A stretch of DNA of 64,000 nt from a virus (taxonomy: Duplodnaviria; Caudoviricetes): positions 1 through 64,000 of the IMG/VR virus record IMGVR_UViG_3300032274_000001, one strand, 5' to 3'. Positions 36,122-45,396 of this stretch are shown in pieces. Position numbers and translations under genes: made by a program. How positions within the stretch are numbered: the first letter of the stretch is position 1; every line of letters begins with the position of its first letter. Under the pieces are notes generated by a model. It saw only the letters and a list, made by a program, of their open reading frames with translations. It was not told the origin of the DNA and made no database searches.

Positions 36122-36241
36122 ATGAGTCTCCGCGCTTGGCTCGGTTACGGCCTAGCCGTGGTCGTTGGAGTCGAATTGGTTTGGCTGCCCGTGTGGATTT
36201 GGGTTCTACCGTGGCTCAGCGAGGTGCTGAATGCGGGTTGA
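36122..36241 (+). CDS. 39-aa TM peptide (not in ORF track)
   Basis: MSLRAWLGYGLAVVVGVELVWLPVWIWVLPWLSEVLNAG. Confidence 0.45.
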   Translation: MSLRAWLGYGLAVVVGVELVWLPVWIWVLPWLSEVLNAG

Positions 36242-36656
36242 GTACAACGGCACCGTGGTTGAGACCCCCGCATGCCGCATCGACGGCCCCCACGGCCCTG
36301 TGTACGTCGCAGAGACGGACAGCGAGCGGGTTAGGCTATCCTTGCAGAAAGGCCCTGACGGGGCCCTGGGGGCCTCGGGGCGTGCGGTATTCTCTCGGGA
36401 CGAGCTGGGCCCCGTGTTGGGGAAACTCCGGGGGCTAGGTCTCGAACCGCTTGGGCAGTGGTGGTCGGACGTGCTACTGGCGAAAAGGGTTCTTGGCGCT
36501 GTGCGCGTCGAGTCAGTCAGTGAGGGGCCTGGAGCGTGGCGGAGAGACGAAGTGGAAACCGACTGCAGAGGCGACTCTTCGTCGGCAATGTCCCGTGGGA
36601 ACGATGCGAGGACAAGGAAGCAATCCGAGACTTCTTCACCGAAGTCGGTGAGGTGA
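36231..36656 (+). CDS. Hypothetical protein
   Basis: ORF; its 3' end overlaps the RRM gene by 121 nt. Confidence 0.4.
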   Translation: MRVEYNGTVVETPACRIDGPHGPVYVAETDSERVRLSLQKGPDGALGASGRAVFSRDELGPVLGKLRGLGLEPLGQWWSDVLLAKRVLGAVRVESVSEGPGAWRRDEVETDCRGDSSSAMSRGNDARTRKQSETSSPKSVR

Positions 36657-36910
36657 TTCGGGTAGGGACGCCCGTCCACAAAGACGGCGAGTACGAGGGT
36701 AGGCCCAAGGGGTTCATTTTCGTGACTTTGCTGCTCTGGGAGGGCGAGAACGACACGGCGTGGCAGCAGCTGACGGGCAACTTCATCGACGACCGAGCGA
36801 TCAAGGTGCAGTTGGCCGAGGAGACGGACGATGACAGGCGAGGACGAGGGTCAGACGGATCAGGTCCCCCAGGGGGGCGAAGAGGCAACGGAAACTCCTA
36901 CGGGGGTTGA
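36536..36910 (+). CDS. RNA-recognition-motif (RRM) RNA-binding protein
   Basis: RNP2 LFVGNV, RNP1 KGFIFVTL, Gly/Arg-rich tail. Confidence 0.9.
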   Translation: MAERRSGNRLQRRLFVGNVPWERCEDKEAIRDFFTEVGEVIRVGTPVHKDGEYEGRPKGFIFVTLLLWEGENDTAWQQLTGNFIDDRAIKVQLAEETDDDRRGRGSDGSGPPGGRRGNGNSYGG

Positions 36911-37118
36911 GGAGGCCCTTGCCGAGCTGGTAGCCGACGGGTTCCTCGAGGAGCGCGGAGACCACATCGTGCCTACGGACAAGGCTGGTGTGTTCGTGGC
37001 GTTCCTGATGAACAACCTGACGCTTGTCGAAATGGCGCTTCTGGCCAACGGCCACGGAGTCCAGGGCTCGCCCCGCCCGGTCCTGTGCCCGGACCCGAGG
37101 CTCAACCCGGAGCTGTAA
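36831..37118 (+). CDS. Hypothetical protein (winged-helix-like end)
   Basis: ALAELVADGFLEE.G..IVPTDKA. Confidence 0.45.
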   Translation: MTGEDEGQTDQVPQGGEEATETPTGVEEALAELVADGFLEERGDHIVPTDKAGVFVAFLMNNLTLVEMALLANGHGVQGSPRPVLCPDPRLNPEL

Positions 37119-37122
37119 TCGG

Positions 37123-37839
37123 GTGGCGAAGAAACGGAACCTGTCCAGCCCCGGGCTGGTGAAGAAGCGGCGGGCGATTGCCAAGCGCCGGGCCCGTGTC
37201 GAGGAGATGTACCTCGCTGGGGTGCCGAACTACGAGATTGCCGAGCGGCTCGATGTGACGACCTCGGTGGTGTCCCGGGACCTGAAGGTCGTTGAGGACG
37301 ACTACAAAAACCGCCAGATGGTCTCCCGGGCCGGCAAGGTGCAGGCGCAGTTGGGTCGCATCGGTCGTATCGAGCTCGAAGCGTGGAAGAGCTTTCATCG
37401 GTCGGTGGGCATGATCAAGAAGCGTGTCCTCAAGTACGAGGACGTCAAAGACGCGCACGGCAAGGTGGTCCGGGACGAAGACGGCATCCCGATGCGGGTG
37501 CCGCAGCTGGTCGAGGAGCGCGAGGAGTTCAAGGCGGGCGATGCCGCGTTCCTGAATACGCTGGTCAGGTGTGCGCAGGAGCGTGCGCAGATCGAGGGCA
37601 CGTACGCGCCGACCCGTGCGGTGGAGGAGCTCTACTTGGGTGTCGATGAGGTGTTCAGCGACGACACCGTGGCGGAGGAAGAGCGCCGAATGAAGGAGAT
37701 CTTGGCGAAGATCTCGCCGGTCCGGATGGATGCGTTGTCTGGGCCGGAGACCCCCGAGGGCGGTGAGGAAGAGATCGAAGTGGTAGAGGCGGAGTCGCGG
37801 CCCGTGGAGCGGAAGAGCACCAGCACGGGGATCGCATGA
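37123..37839 (+). CDS. Terminase small subunit-like HTH protein
   Basis: RR..V...Y..G...EIA..L.V....V.RD; EAW..F..S; GDAAFL..L..C...R...G..AP. Confidence 0.65.
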   Translation: MAKKRNLSSPGLVKKRRAIAKRRARVEEMYLAGVPNYEIAERLDVTTSVVSRDLKVVEDDYKNRQMVSRAGKVQAQLGRIGRIELEAWKSFHRSVGMIKKRVLKYEDVKDAHGKVVRDEDGIPMRVPQLVEEREEFKAGDAAFLNTLVRCAQERAQIEGTYAPTRAVEELYLGVDEVFSDDTVAEEERRMKEILAKISPVRMDALSGPETPEGGEEEIEVVEAESRPVERKSTSTGIA

Positions 37840-38054
37840 CCCTGGGGGAGCTGACCTACGCGGACCTAGTTGCGCTGCAGGGGTCGATTCCCGAGTCGGT
37901 CGGAGACCAGACCGAATGGGTAATGTCGTGGCCGGCGTATTGGGGAATTAGGAACGCCTTGGCGCGTGCCGACTACCGAGAGAACAGAGATGCAGTACGC
38001 GCGGAGATAGCGGCCCGGCCAATTCCGGACCGGCCGTTGCAGTTCATCGCGTGA
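37836..38054 (+). CDS. Hypothetical protein
   Basis: Coupled ORF. Confidence 0.45.
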   Translation: MTLGELTYADLVALQGSIPESVGDQTEWVMSWPAYWGIRNALARADYRENRDAVRAEIAARPIPDRPLQFIA

Positions 38055-38081
38055 AACCCCGAAGGAAAGGACTGGACGGAG

Positions 38082-38264
38082 ATGGAAGACCGAGAGATCA
38101 CGATCGCGTATAGCCGCTACATGGGGATGCTGGCCGCGGAGTCGCAGTTGCAGGAGCTGTACCACACGCTCGGGCACGCAGACTTCCCGAAGCTGATGTC
38201 GCTGGTGAGGCGCTCGGCGGCCCGCAAGGCCAAGGGCGCGGACGAGGGCAACGGGTCGGCGTGA
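38082..38264 (+). CDS. Hypothetical protein
   Basis: RBS-led ORF. Confidence 0.45.
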   Translation: MEDREITIAYSRYMGMLAAESQLQELYHTLGHADFPKLMSLVRRSAARKAKGADEGNGSA

Positions 38265-38310
38265 CGGAAGCCGCTTGACGCAGTAAGCCCACCTGTCGTA
38301 TTTACGCCCC

Positions 38311-38448
38311 ATGATGTTCGACCCCGACCCCGAGACGCTTTGCCGGTGCGGGGATGAGCTACGGGATCACAAGGAAGACGACGAAGGGGTGGTCAGGTGT
38401 GTGTGCCCTGGCTGCCACTGTGACGGCTTCGAGCCCGAAGACGATTGA
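38311..38448 (+). CDS. 45-aa Cys/His Zn-binding peptide (not in ORF track)
   Basis: MMFDPDPETLCRCGDELRDHKEDDEGVVRCVCPGCHCDGFEPEDD; TTGACG-N18-TATTTA upstream. Confidence 0.55.
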   Translation: MMFDPDPETLCRCGDELRDHKEDDEGVVRCVCPGCHCDGFEPEDD

Positions 38449-38534
38449 GTAGACCCCCCGTTAGAGGGGGTGGCCCGGAAGGAGACGGAGATGGAAAACT
38501 GCATGGTTAGGCTGGCGGCGTGGTTGGTGGCGAG

Positions 38535-38978
38535 ATGACTCGCCGAGGCTACTACGGCATCGGGGTCTACCACCCCAAGCACGAGGTCAACGTAGGCACC
38601 CTCTGGAGGTCCGCACAGGGCCTAGGAGCGACGTTCGTATTCACCGTGGGGCGGCGGTACGGGAAGCGCCAAGCGTCCGATACGCACAAAACCAGAGACC
38701 ACGTGCCGCTGTTCCACTTCGCGGACATGGACGACCTTATCGCGCACCTGCCGCACGGCTGCCCTTTGGTCGGGGTAGAACACGGGGGTCTAGACCTCGC
38801 CCGGTTTAGCCACCCGTGCCGAGCCGCCTATTTGCTGGGCGCGGAGGACCACGGGTTGCCCCGGGCGGCCTTGGACCGCTGCCACGCGAGGGTGCAGATC
38901 GAGTCAGAGTTCTCGTTCAACGTCGCCGTGGCGGGATCTCTGGTGGCCTATGACCGGGTGGCGAAGGAGGCCGCATGA
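38535..38978 (+). CDS. SpoU/TrmH-family (SPOUT) RNA 2'-O-methyltransferase
   Basis: NVGTLWRSA..LG; LLGAEDHGL; SFNVAVAGS..YDR. Confidence 0.9.
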   Translation: MTRRGYYGIGVYHPKHEVNVGTLWRSAQGLGATFVFTVGRRYGKRQASDTHKTRDHVPLFHFADMDDLIAHLPHGCPLVGVEHGGLDLARFSHPCRAAYLLGAEDHGLPRAALDRCHARVQIESEFSFNVAVAGSLVAYDRVAKEAA

Positions 38979-39265
38979 GTAGCGCAGACAGATACCTCCT
39001 ACTTGCAGGAGCGACCTACTACGCCTCGGGTGTAGGCGATGTGCAGGGTCTGTTCCGTTACAGGACCGAAGCCGAGCGCATCGGAGAGGCGCTTCTGGAG
39101 GAGCACGGCGGCCAAGATGACTGGTGGGCGGTGATTCGGATTGCCCCAGCGACAGGCGCGACGCTGGTGTCGAAGGGTGGCCCGGATCCATTCTCGCCAT
39201 TCGGCGGTGCATGGTCTGTCGGCAAGCGCTGGAAGCTCCGCGAGGGGCTGAAGGTGACGACGTGA
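38975..39265 (+). CDS. Hypothetical protein
   Basis: Coupled ORF. Confidence 0.5.
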   Translation: MSSADRYLLLAGATYYASGVGDVQGLFRYRTEAERIGEALLEEHGGQDDWWAVIRIAPATGATLVSKGGPDPFSPFGGAWSVGKRWKLREGLKVTT

Positions 39266-39417
39266 CTGGGTCGGCTTTGATGTCGTTCGGGGTGGCTTGT
39301 CTAGCCGGCGTCGTCCATCTGCGGATCGCGCCCAAAGCGGACTGGCTGTCATACGCAGTATGGTTTGCTCTTGGGTTGGGAGGGGGCTTCCAGGTCTCGG
39401 CTTGGGTGGCGCGGTGA
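39262..39417 (+). CDS. Small 2-TM protein
   Basis: GTG start; two hydrophobic segments. Confidence 0.45.
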   Translation: MTGSALMSFGVACLAGVVHLRIAPKADWLSYAVWFALGLGGGFQVSAWVAR

Positions 39418-39620
39418 CGGACGAGAAGGAGGTCTCCCGCCAACTGCAGTGGCAGCGCCGTAACGAGGCCATGGGCCTATGCGTGATCTGCGGCAAGGAA
39501 CCCATCCACCGCGCCAAGCGCTGCGAGGTGCACTGGGAGAAAAACCGAGAGGCAGCCCGCCTGCGGTACGAGAAGAGGGTCAGTGAAAGGAAGCTGGCCC
39601 AAGAGGAGAATCAACAGTGA
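39414..39620 (+). CDS. Zn-finger protein
   Basis: GLCVICG...RCEVH. Confidence 0.55.
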   Translation: MTDEKEVSRQLQWQRRNEAMGLCVICGKEPIHRAKRCEVHWEKNREAARLRYEKRVSERKLAQEENQQ

Positions 39621-39910
39621 AGGACTTCAAGCCAACCGCCGACCGCATCGTCGTCCAGCGCGACGATCCCGAGACCCAGAGCAAGGGAGGCATCTACCTG
39701 CCCCCCACGGCCCCAGAGAACACCCAAACGGGCATTGTGCTCTCGGTGGGCCCAGGGGCTCGAGACTCGACCGGAGCCCGCACCCCGATGGAGGTAGAGC
39801 CCGGAGACCACATCCTGTTCGGCAAGTACTCCGGGGTGCATGTGAAGCTCTCCGGTGAAGAGATTCTCATGATTCGCGCCGACGACGTGCTGGCGGTGCT
39901 GGACGGATGA
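39617..39910 (+). CDS. groES: Co-chaperonin GroES (Cpn10)
   Basis: FKPTADRIVV, SKGGIYLP mobile loop, VLSVGPG, GDHILFGKYSG, DDVLAV. Confidence 0.97.
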   Translation: MKDFKPTADRIVVQRDDPETQSKGGIYLPPTAPENTQTGIVLSVGPGARDSTGARTPMEVEPGDHILFGKYSGVHVKLSGEEILMIRADDVLAVLDG

Positions 39911-40596
39911 CCAGCGCAGAAGAAGAGCGGAACGCATACGAAAGTCTTGAAGACCTGGCTAAGGGCTGGGACTTGCTGCTCCGAGACTTCGGGCTTGAGG
40001 AGCGTCGCCTACCGTGGCGGGTGCTAGGCACCCCGTACCGGAACGGAAACCGGTTGTTCCACAACGAGCACCACGTGTTGGACTGCCTGCGACGCTCGTC
40101 CGACCTCGGACCGAAAGACCTGAACGACTGGGCTCGCGTGAAGGTGGAGGCGGCCCTGTTCCTGCACGACTGGGTCTACGACCCTCGGTCGCTTCAGAAC
40201 GAAGAGGACAGCGCCGTGGTGGCGCATGTAGTGTTTGATGGAGACCCGTGGATCACTCATGCCATCCGAGCCACCACCCATACGGGCAAGCCCGCCAACG
40301 TGGTGGAAGCCTACGTGATGGACATCGACTTGGGCACCCTGGCCGCTGACACGCTCATAGGGGACACGGGCCAGATCCGGATGGAGTACTCCCACGTACC
40401 GGAAGACGTGTTCTGGCCCCGCAGAGCCGATCTGGTCCGAGGCTGGCTAGAAAAGGCAGAGAAGAACGAGCTGTTCCACACCGATTGGGGCCAACGAAAG
40501 TACCTGGCCCCTGCGGTGCGAAACCTGGAAGAGCACCTGGAGCTGATCCAGAACCGTACCGAAACTGGTAGCTTCCCCCCACCGAAGGACAGGTGA
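39907..40596 (+). CDS. HD-superfamily phosphohydrolase (COG4339-like)
   Basis: FHNEHHV..C; AALFLHDWVYDP...NEEDSA; MDIDL. Confidence 0.85.
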   Translation: MTSAEEERNAYESLEDLAKGWDLLLRDFGLEERRLPWRVLGTPYRNGNRLFHNEHHVLDCLRRSSDLGPKDLNDWARVKVEAALFLHDWVYDPRSLQNEEDSAVVAHVVFDGDPWITHAIRATTHTGKPANVVEAYVMDIDLGTLAADTLIGDTGQIRMEYSHVPEDVFWPRRADLVRGWLEKAEKNELFHTDWGQRKYLAPAVRNLEEHLELIQNRTETGSFPPPKDR

Positions 40597-40599
40597 CCC

Positions 40600-40803
40600 A
40601 TGGTTCATTTCAACTCTAGAGGCGAGATGATCATTACGGACAGCCTCCCCAACGGGCTCGAGGAGAAGGACTTCCTGATCGAGCAAGCGGGCCGGCAAAC
40701 CGGGAAGCTATACGAGCTGACAGAGGTGGTCCCGAACCCCAACGTGTACTTCGAGCACGACGCTACAGCGGTCCGGTTCCGTTTCCGAGAGACAGACGCA
40801 TGA
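40600..40803 (+). CDS. Hypothetical protein
   Basis: Short ORF in operon. Confidence 0.45.
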   Translation: MVHFNSRGEMIITDSLPNGLEEKDFLIEQAGRQTGKLYELTEVVPNPNVYFEHDATAVRFRFRETDA

Positions 40804-40954
40804 CCACCCCCGCAGGAGGCCGACCCTCCCTGGAGCAGTGGCGCGCAGACCGCATAAAGCCCCAGCCCCGAGCCTGTGCCGGCTGTGGCAAGATCATCCG
40901 TTGGAGCCTGGCCCGCTGTGTCGCGTGCGCAGCCAAGCTGAGGGGAGAGGGGGA

Positions 40955-41416
40955 GTGACCTACTGGCACGAGGGCGTCTGCTTCACCTGCAAGGTGTCGT
41001 TCCCCATCTTCATCATCTTCAACGGCAAGGGGTGGTCGAAGTGCATGCTGGGCAACCCTGAGGAGGAGCGCATCGCGCGCTTCGTCGAGGCGCACGCCTG
41101 GTGCCCGGACTTCAGGATCCGCCAGGAGAGCGACGAGGACCCGGCCCGTGAGGGCTTCTTCGATGCCTTCGACTACTTCGAGGAGCCGGAGCGGGCAGAG
41201 TGCGGGCACCCGCTGGTGCGCGAGCCCTCGGTGCACGGCAACGACAAGGCGAGGGGTGACTGCGCCGTGTGTGGGGAGACGCTGTGCATGGGCGACGCCC
41301 AGGAGGCGGCCATGTGCGGCGAGCTGTTCGCCCCAGCGGTGCGTGATGACCCCAGCCCTTGCGAGCGCCCGCCAGGCCACGAGGGGAAGCACCGGAAAGG
41401 GGGTTTCGAATGGTAG
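40955..41416 (+). CDS. Cys/His-rich hypothetical protein
   Basis: Several CxxC and C.R..GH.G.H motifs. Confidence 0.5.
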   Translation: MTYWHEGVCFTCKVSFPIFIIFNGKGWSKCMLGNPEEERIARFVEAHAWCPDFRIRQESDEDPAREGFFDAFDYFEEPERAECGHPLVREPSVHGNDKARGDCAVCGETLCMGDAQEAAMCGELFAPAVRDDPSPCERPPGHEGKHRKGGFEW

Positions 41417-41438
41417 CGCAGCCCGAGACCCGCCGACG

Positions 41439-41768
41439 ATGGACAGCCGGGAGCACTTGAAGGAGGTGCTGCCACGTAGCGGCGCCTGGAAGCTCCACCA
41501 CCGCGACCTCTATCGCATGTTCGACGGCTGGTCGCGGCCAGGTGCCGAGTCGATTCACCGCATCAACCGGGCGCGCTCCCGCGGGCGCAAGCGGCAGCGG
41601 AAGAAGGCAGCGCAGAAGTTCAAGCGCCGCGCGCATCCGTGGCTCGCCTATTGCGACTTCCAGCACAGCTACTTCGGAGACCGGAGGCTTATGACGATCG
41701 AGTTCAGCAAACAACCCGCCCGTGTGGTTTTCGATGAGCAACGTGTTTGGCGGGCTGAAAGGGGGTGA
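41439..41768 (+). CDS. Basic hypothetical protein
   Basis: ORF coupled to nuclease start. Confidence 0.45.
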   Translation: MDSREHLKEVLPRSGAWKLHHRDLYRMFDGWSRPGAESIHRINRARSRGRKRQRKKAAQKFKRRAHPWLAYCDFQHSYFGDRRLMTIEFSKQPARVVFDEQRVWRAERG

Positions 41769-42271
41769 CGACGATGGGTAAGGACACCAACCACGCCACT
41801 ATCGTCCGGGCCTTCGAGTCTCGCGGTGCGACGGTGGTGGAGCTCCACACGATCGGCGGAGGGGTTCCAGACTTGCTGGTCGGGTACCAGGGCTCCACGC
41901 GCCTGGTGGAAGTGAAGCGACCAGCGCGCAAGGCGGGGCGAGGGTTGCGCTCCACGAAGTGCGCAACGTGTCGGACCCAACGCGCGCGTCACGACTTCGG
42001 CGGCGAGCGCCCTGGATGCGCCACGGGCTTCGTCGCCGACTACGGCGAGACCAAGGCCCCTGGTGGCGTAGTCTCCAACCGTCAGAAGAAGTGGCACCGC
42101 TCGTGGCCCGGCTGCCCGATAGTGACGGTGGAGACCGAGGCTGAGGTTGATGCTGCGATCGCGGCCATGGTCAAGGATGATGAGACGGCGGCGCATAGGT
42201 GGCTCGGGAAAGAGCACGATCGGCTCAGGGCTGAAGGGGACCGCGACTCGTGCCCCTGGTGCCTCGGTTGA
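41765..42271 (+). CDS. PD-(D/E)xK endonuclease with Zn-finger insertion
   Basis: D.NH..IV.AF...GATV...GVPDLLVGY.G...LVEVK; CATC..H..C insert; Q..W..SWPG. Confidence 0.8.
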   Translation: MTTMGKDTNHATIVRAFESRGATVVELHTIGGGVPDLLVGYQGSTRLVEVKRPARKAGRGLRSTKCATCRTQRARHDFGGERPGCATGFVADYGETKAPGGVVSNRQKKWHRSWPGCPIVTVETEAEVDAAIAAMVKDDETAAHRWLGKEHDRLRAEGDRDSCPWCLG

Positions 42272-42388
42272 GAGTTATTGCGACGAGCACATCAAAGACG
42301 GTGACAGAATGCTCGTTTATGGCATCGGCTTCGCCGTGGTGGCCGCTGTGTTTGTGTGGGTGGTGCTGCGTTGAGCAAGCGCGGACCG

Positions 42389-42724
42389 ATGAGTGAGACC
42401 TTCCACGGCGGGTACATGGATGGAGAGGTCCTGACCGACCCGGCCCCCTACGCCGACAGCAGTAAGCTTTGGATCCCGATTTGGCACAGGCAGATACCCC
42501 TACCGCTCGGGGTGAATGTCTTGGAGTTGCCCGATGGGATCTATGGCCAGCTCTGCCGAGAGTACAAGGCGCTTCATGGGCATCCGGTGAACAAGATGCT
42601 CTACGTGAGGGGCTCGGACGGTGACTGGTACGTAGATGACCCCAAGCCCGACCGATGTGAAGAGTGCGAGAAACAGTACCCGTATCTCCTAGCCGAGGAT
42701 TCCGCTAAGAATTTCCCCCGGTGA
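42389..42724 (+). CDS. Hypothetical protein
   Basis: F.GG..DG motif; coupled ORF. Confidence 0.5.
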   Translation: MSETFHGGYMDGEVLTDPAPYADSSKLWIPIWHRQIPLPLGVNVLELPDGIYGQLCREYKALHGHPVNKMLYVRGSDGDWYVDDPKPDRCEECEKQYPYLLAEDSAKNFPR

Positions 42725-43353
42725 CCTGGACCCCACTGAGAATCCGCTGGATTCGGCCTCACACCGCTGTCCGGAACCCGTCGTGGCCGGACCCCGACCC
42801 GGATTGTAGGCGTTGCTTGGGGGCGATGTCTTGGGTGGTTCCCGGGGCCCGCCGTACTCGGTGCGTGTGGTGTGCGGCTCGGCTGCCGAAGCGTCGTCGG
42901 CACTGGTGCTCCGACGGCTGCGTAGCGTCGTACAAGCTGGCCAAGAACGATGACTACCGGGCGTACGTCTGGGAGCGCGATCAGGGTAAGTGTGCCACCT
43001 GTGGCACCGACGCAGCGCGCCTAGAGAAGCGAGTGCGCAGAATCCTACGCCGCCTGGGGGGTCGGGCATACTGGGCACGGGCCTCGCGTGGGGAGGTGAA
43101 GCGGCTGGCCTCGGCTCACCGGCTGATGCGGATATTGCAGCGACTGCGGGACCAAGGTTGGCCGGTCACGGCGACATTCCGGGTGCAGAAAAGCTTCTGG
43201 GAGGCGGATCACATCCAGCCAAGGGCCGACGGTGGGGACAACCGGCCCAGCAATTTGCGATGCTTGTGTGTGCCATGCCACAAGCGGGTGACGGCTGAGT
43301 ACGCCGCAGAGCGGGCCCGGCGCCGTCGAGAGGCTGAGTGCGGGAAGAGCTAG
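42721..43353 (+). CDS. HNH endonuclease
   Basis: WEADHIQPRADGGDN..SNLRCLCVPCH; adjacent to terL. Confidence 0.9.
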   Translation: MTWTPLRIRWIRPHTAVRNPSWPDPDPDCRRCLGAMSWVVPGARRTRCVWCAARLPKRRRHWCSDGCVASYKLAKNDDYRAYVWERDQGKCATCGTDAARLEKRVRRILRRLGGRAYWARASRGEVKRLASAHRLMRILQRLRDQGWPVTATFRVQKSFWEADHIQPRADGGDNRPSNLRCLCVPCHKRVTAEYAAERARRRREAECGKS

Positions 43354-44891
43354 AGGATACGGTCAAGCGTCTGGCCGGCGGGGGCTACTACCGCCTGCCC
43401 ATCGCCTTCGCGCGGGACATCCTGCACGCGAATCAGGTAGACGAGTTCCAGAGGGAGATTGCCTGCTCGCTCATGGCCCACAAGCGCGTGGCCGTCGCGG
43501 GCGCCAAGGGCATCGGCAAGGGCTACGTCGCCGCCCTGATCATCTGGTGGTTCATGGTCACCAGGCCGTTTGCCAAGGTGGGTATCACGTCTGCCTCGGC
43601 GACCACCGTCCAGACGAATGTCTGGGGCGAGCTCGCAGCCTTCTACCGCAAGAGCGCTCTCCTGCGGGAGATGTTCGACATGGGCGACCGGATGATCCGT
43701 TCCCGCCGTCACCCGAAGGAGCACTTCGCCATCGCGAGGCAAGCGAGTGTGAAGTACACCCGCGGCGGTGGTGCTCGAGAGCGGCAGGCGGAGGGCCTCT
43801 CGGGGATGTACACCCGGCACGTCCTCTGGGTGCTCGATGAGGCGACGGCCATCGATGACGCCATCTACGACACCATCGCGACGAGTGTGAACGAAGAGGG
43901 CCACCAGCTCCTGATCCTGTTCAACCCGATCCGGACGAGTGGGTTCGCCTGGGAGATCTTCAACATCAAGCGCAAGGGGGAGGGGTTCTGCCTGTTCAAC
44001 GTCCCCTACCACCGCAGCCACATCGCGAACACGCCGGCCGGGGCAGCCCGCCGGGAGCAGTGGATCCGGCAGTGGGGCGAGAACAGCGCTCTGGTGGCCG
44101 CATTCGTCCATGGCAGGCACCCCACGGGAGACGCAGGGGATAGTGCCTATTCGCTACAGGCCCTGTACGACGCATTCTCGCGCGTCAGGGAGCCCGACAT
44201 GGACGAGCCCCTAGACATCGGGATCGACCCGGCCCGGCACGGATCGGACGAGTGCGCGTTCTTGGCCCAGCGGGATTATGTCGGCCACGAGATGCGGACG
44301 TTCGGAAAGATCGATCAGGACGACATTGTCGAGTACGCCGAGCGGTTAGCGGAAAAGTGGATCGGCGAGGAGCTAAAGGGCGAGCGGAAGGACGAGAGGA
44401 CGGGCAAGGCAATACCGGCGCTGTCCGACGATCAGAAGAAGGACGTCAGGTTCCGGATCGATGTCGGTATGGGCGTCGGGCCCATCGACTTCCTGAAGCG
44501 TCGTGGGTACCCGGTGATCGGGGTGGACAACGGTAAGAAGCCCACCAGGCGGGGCCGCAAGGAGAACTACGCCAGCCTGGGTACGGAGCTCTGGATAGAG
44601 ACGGCATCGGTGCTCAGGCAGGAGGAAAAGCCCCTAGCGTTGGGCAACATGATCGTGAACGAGCGGCCGGTGAGTCGCCAGGAGGGGGACGGGGCCATGA
44701 TCCAGCAGCTCTGTCAGCGGCCCATCGTATTCCCCACCAACGACAACGGCCGGCGTCGGGTCATGCCGAAGGAAGCGATGCGTCAGAACATGTCGGGCAG
44801 CCCCGACCGAGGCGATGTCTTCGTGCTTGCCTTCGGTGATATAACCCGCATGGGGCGACCGACGGGGAAGCCGGTCAGCACGATCGCCTAG
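43338..44891 (+). CDS. terL: Terminase large subunit
   Basis: AGAKGIGKG Walker A, WVLDEA Walker B, FNP, GIDPAR.G.DE nuclease, SPDRGD. Confidence 0.92.
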   Translation: MREELEDTVKRLAGGGYYRLPIAFARDILHANQVDEFQREIACSLMAHKRVAVAGAKGIGKGYVAALIIWWFMVTRPFAKVGITSASATTVQTNVWGELAAFYRKSALLREMFDMGDRMIRSRRHPKEHFAIARQASVKYTRGGGARERQAEGLSGMYTRHVLWVLDEATAIDDAIYDTIATSVNEEGHQLLILFNPIRTSGFAWEIFNIKRKGEGFCLFNVPYHRSHIANTPAGAARREQWIRQWGENSALVAAFVHGRHPTGDAGDSAYSLQALYDAFSRVREPDMDEPLDIGIDPARHGSDECAFLAQRDYVGHEMRTFGKIDQDDIVEYAERLAEKWIGEELKGERKDERTGKAIPALSDDQKKDVRFRIDVGMGVGPIDFLKRRGYPVIGVDNGKKPTRRGRKENYASLGTELWIETASVLRQEEKPLALGNMIVNERPVSRQEGDGAMIQQLCQRPIVFPTNDNGRRRVMPKEAMRQNMSGSPDRGDVFVLAFGDITRMGRPTGKPVSTIA

Positions 44892-44906
44892 AGAGGATGG
44901 GGACGG

Positions 44907-45104
44907 ATGAGGAAGCGAGTCAGGAAGAAGCGAGGCCGACCCTCGGCGGTGCTTCTGCGACGCCTACAGCGGAAGGTCATGCCCCCACGGCGGGCTAGAC
45001 GTAGGGTGCCCTTTGTCTTCGGAGGCAAGATGGAGTTCGTTCCGGGTGCGTGGGAGATCAAGCGGCTGCCGTCTGGTTCCCTGCTGAAGTACGTGGGGCG
45101 GTAA
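44907..45104 (+). CDS. Small basic protein
   Basis: Arg/Lys-rich ORF between terL and portal. Confidence 0.35.
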   Translation: MRKRVRKKRGRPSAVLLRRLQRKVMPPRRARRRVPFVFGGKMEFVPGAWEIKRLPSGSLLKYVGR

Positions 45105-45105
45105 G

Positions 45106-45396
45106 ATGGGGTTCAGAGTCGGCCCAGTGCCACTACCGAGGCAGTGCTCTACGTGCATCTGGTACGGCGAAGAGAACCGCTGGAAATACCCTGGGGGAGT
45201 CCCGGTGGGGCAATCGGATTGCGGGACTTCCGAGTGCTACGCGGTCCCTCCGACGCCAGTGAGTCAAAGTCGGGGTTCCTCAGGGGGATACAGCTCTGAG
45301 GACAGAATCCGTGCCGTTCGGCCGGAAGTACACGGCACGGACATCTGCCGATACTACGAACCCCGGCGTCAAGAAGTGAGCGACGGAGATGAGTGA
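45106..45396 (+). CDS. Small Cys-rich phage protein (same pattern as 13433-13618)
   Basis: CSTC...ECYAVPP...RPEV..DICRYY. Confidence 0.55.
   Translation: MGFRVGPVPLPRQCSTCIWYGEENRWKYPGGVPVGQSDCGTSECYAVPPTPVSQSRGSSGGYSSEDRIRAVRPEVHGTDICRYYEPRRQEVSDGDE

Noticed and set aside
38311-38448. Suspected frameshifted Zn-finger pseudogene
   Set aside because: Careful re-reading gives an intact 45-aa frame
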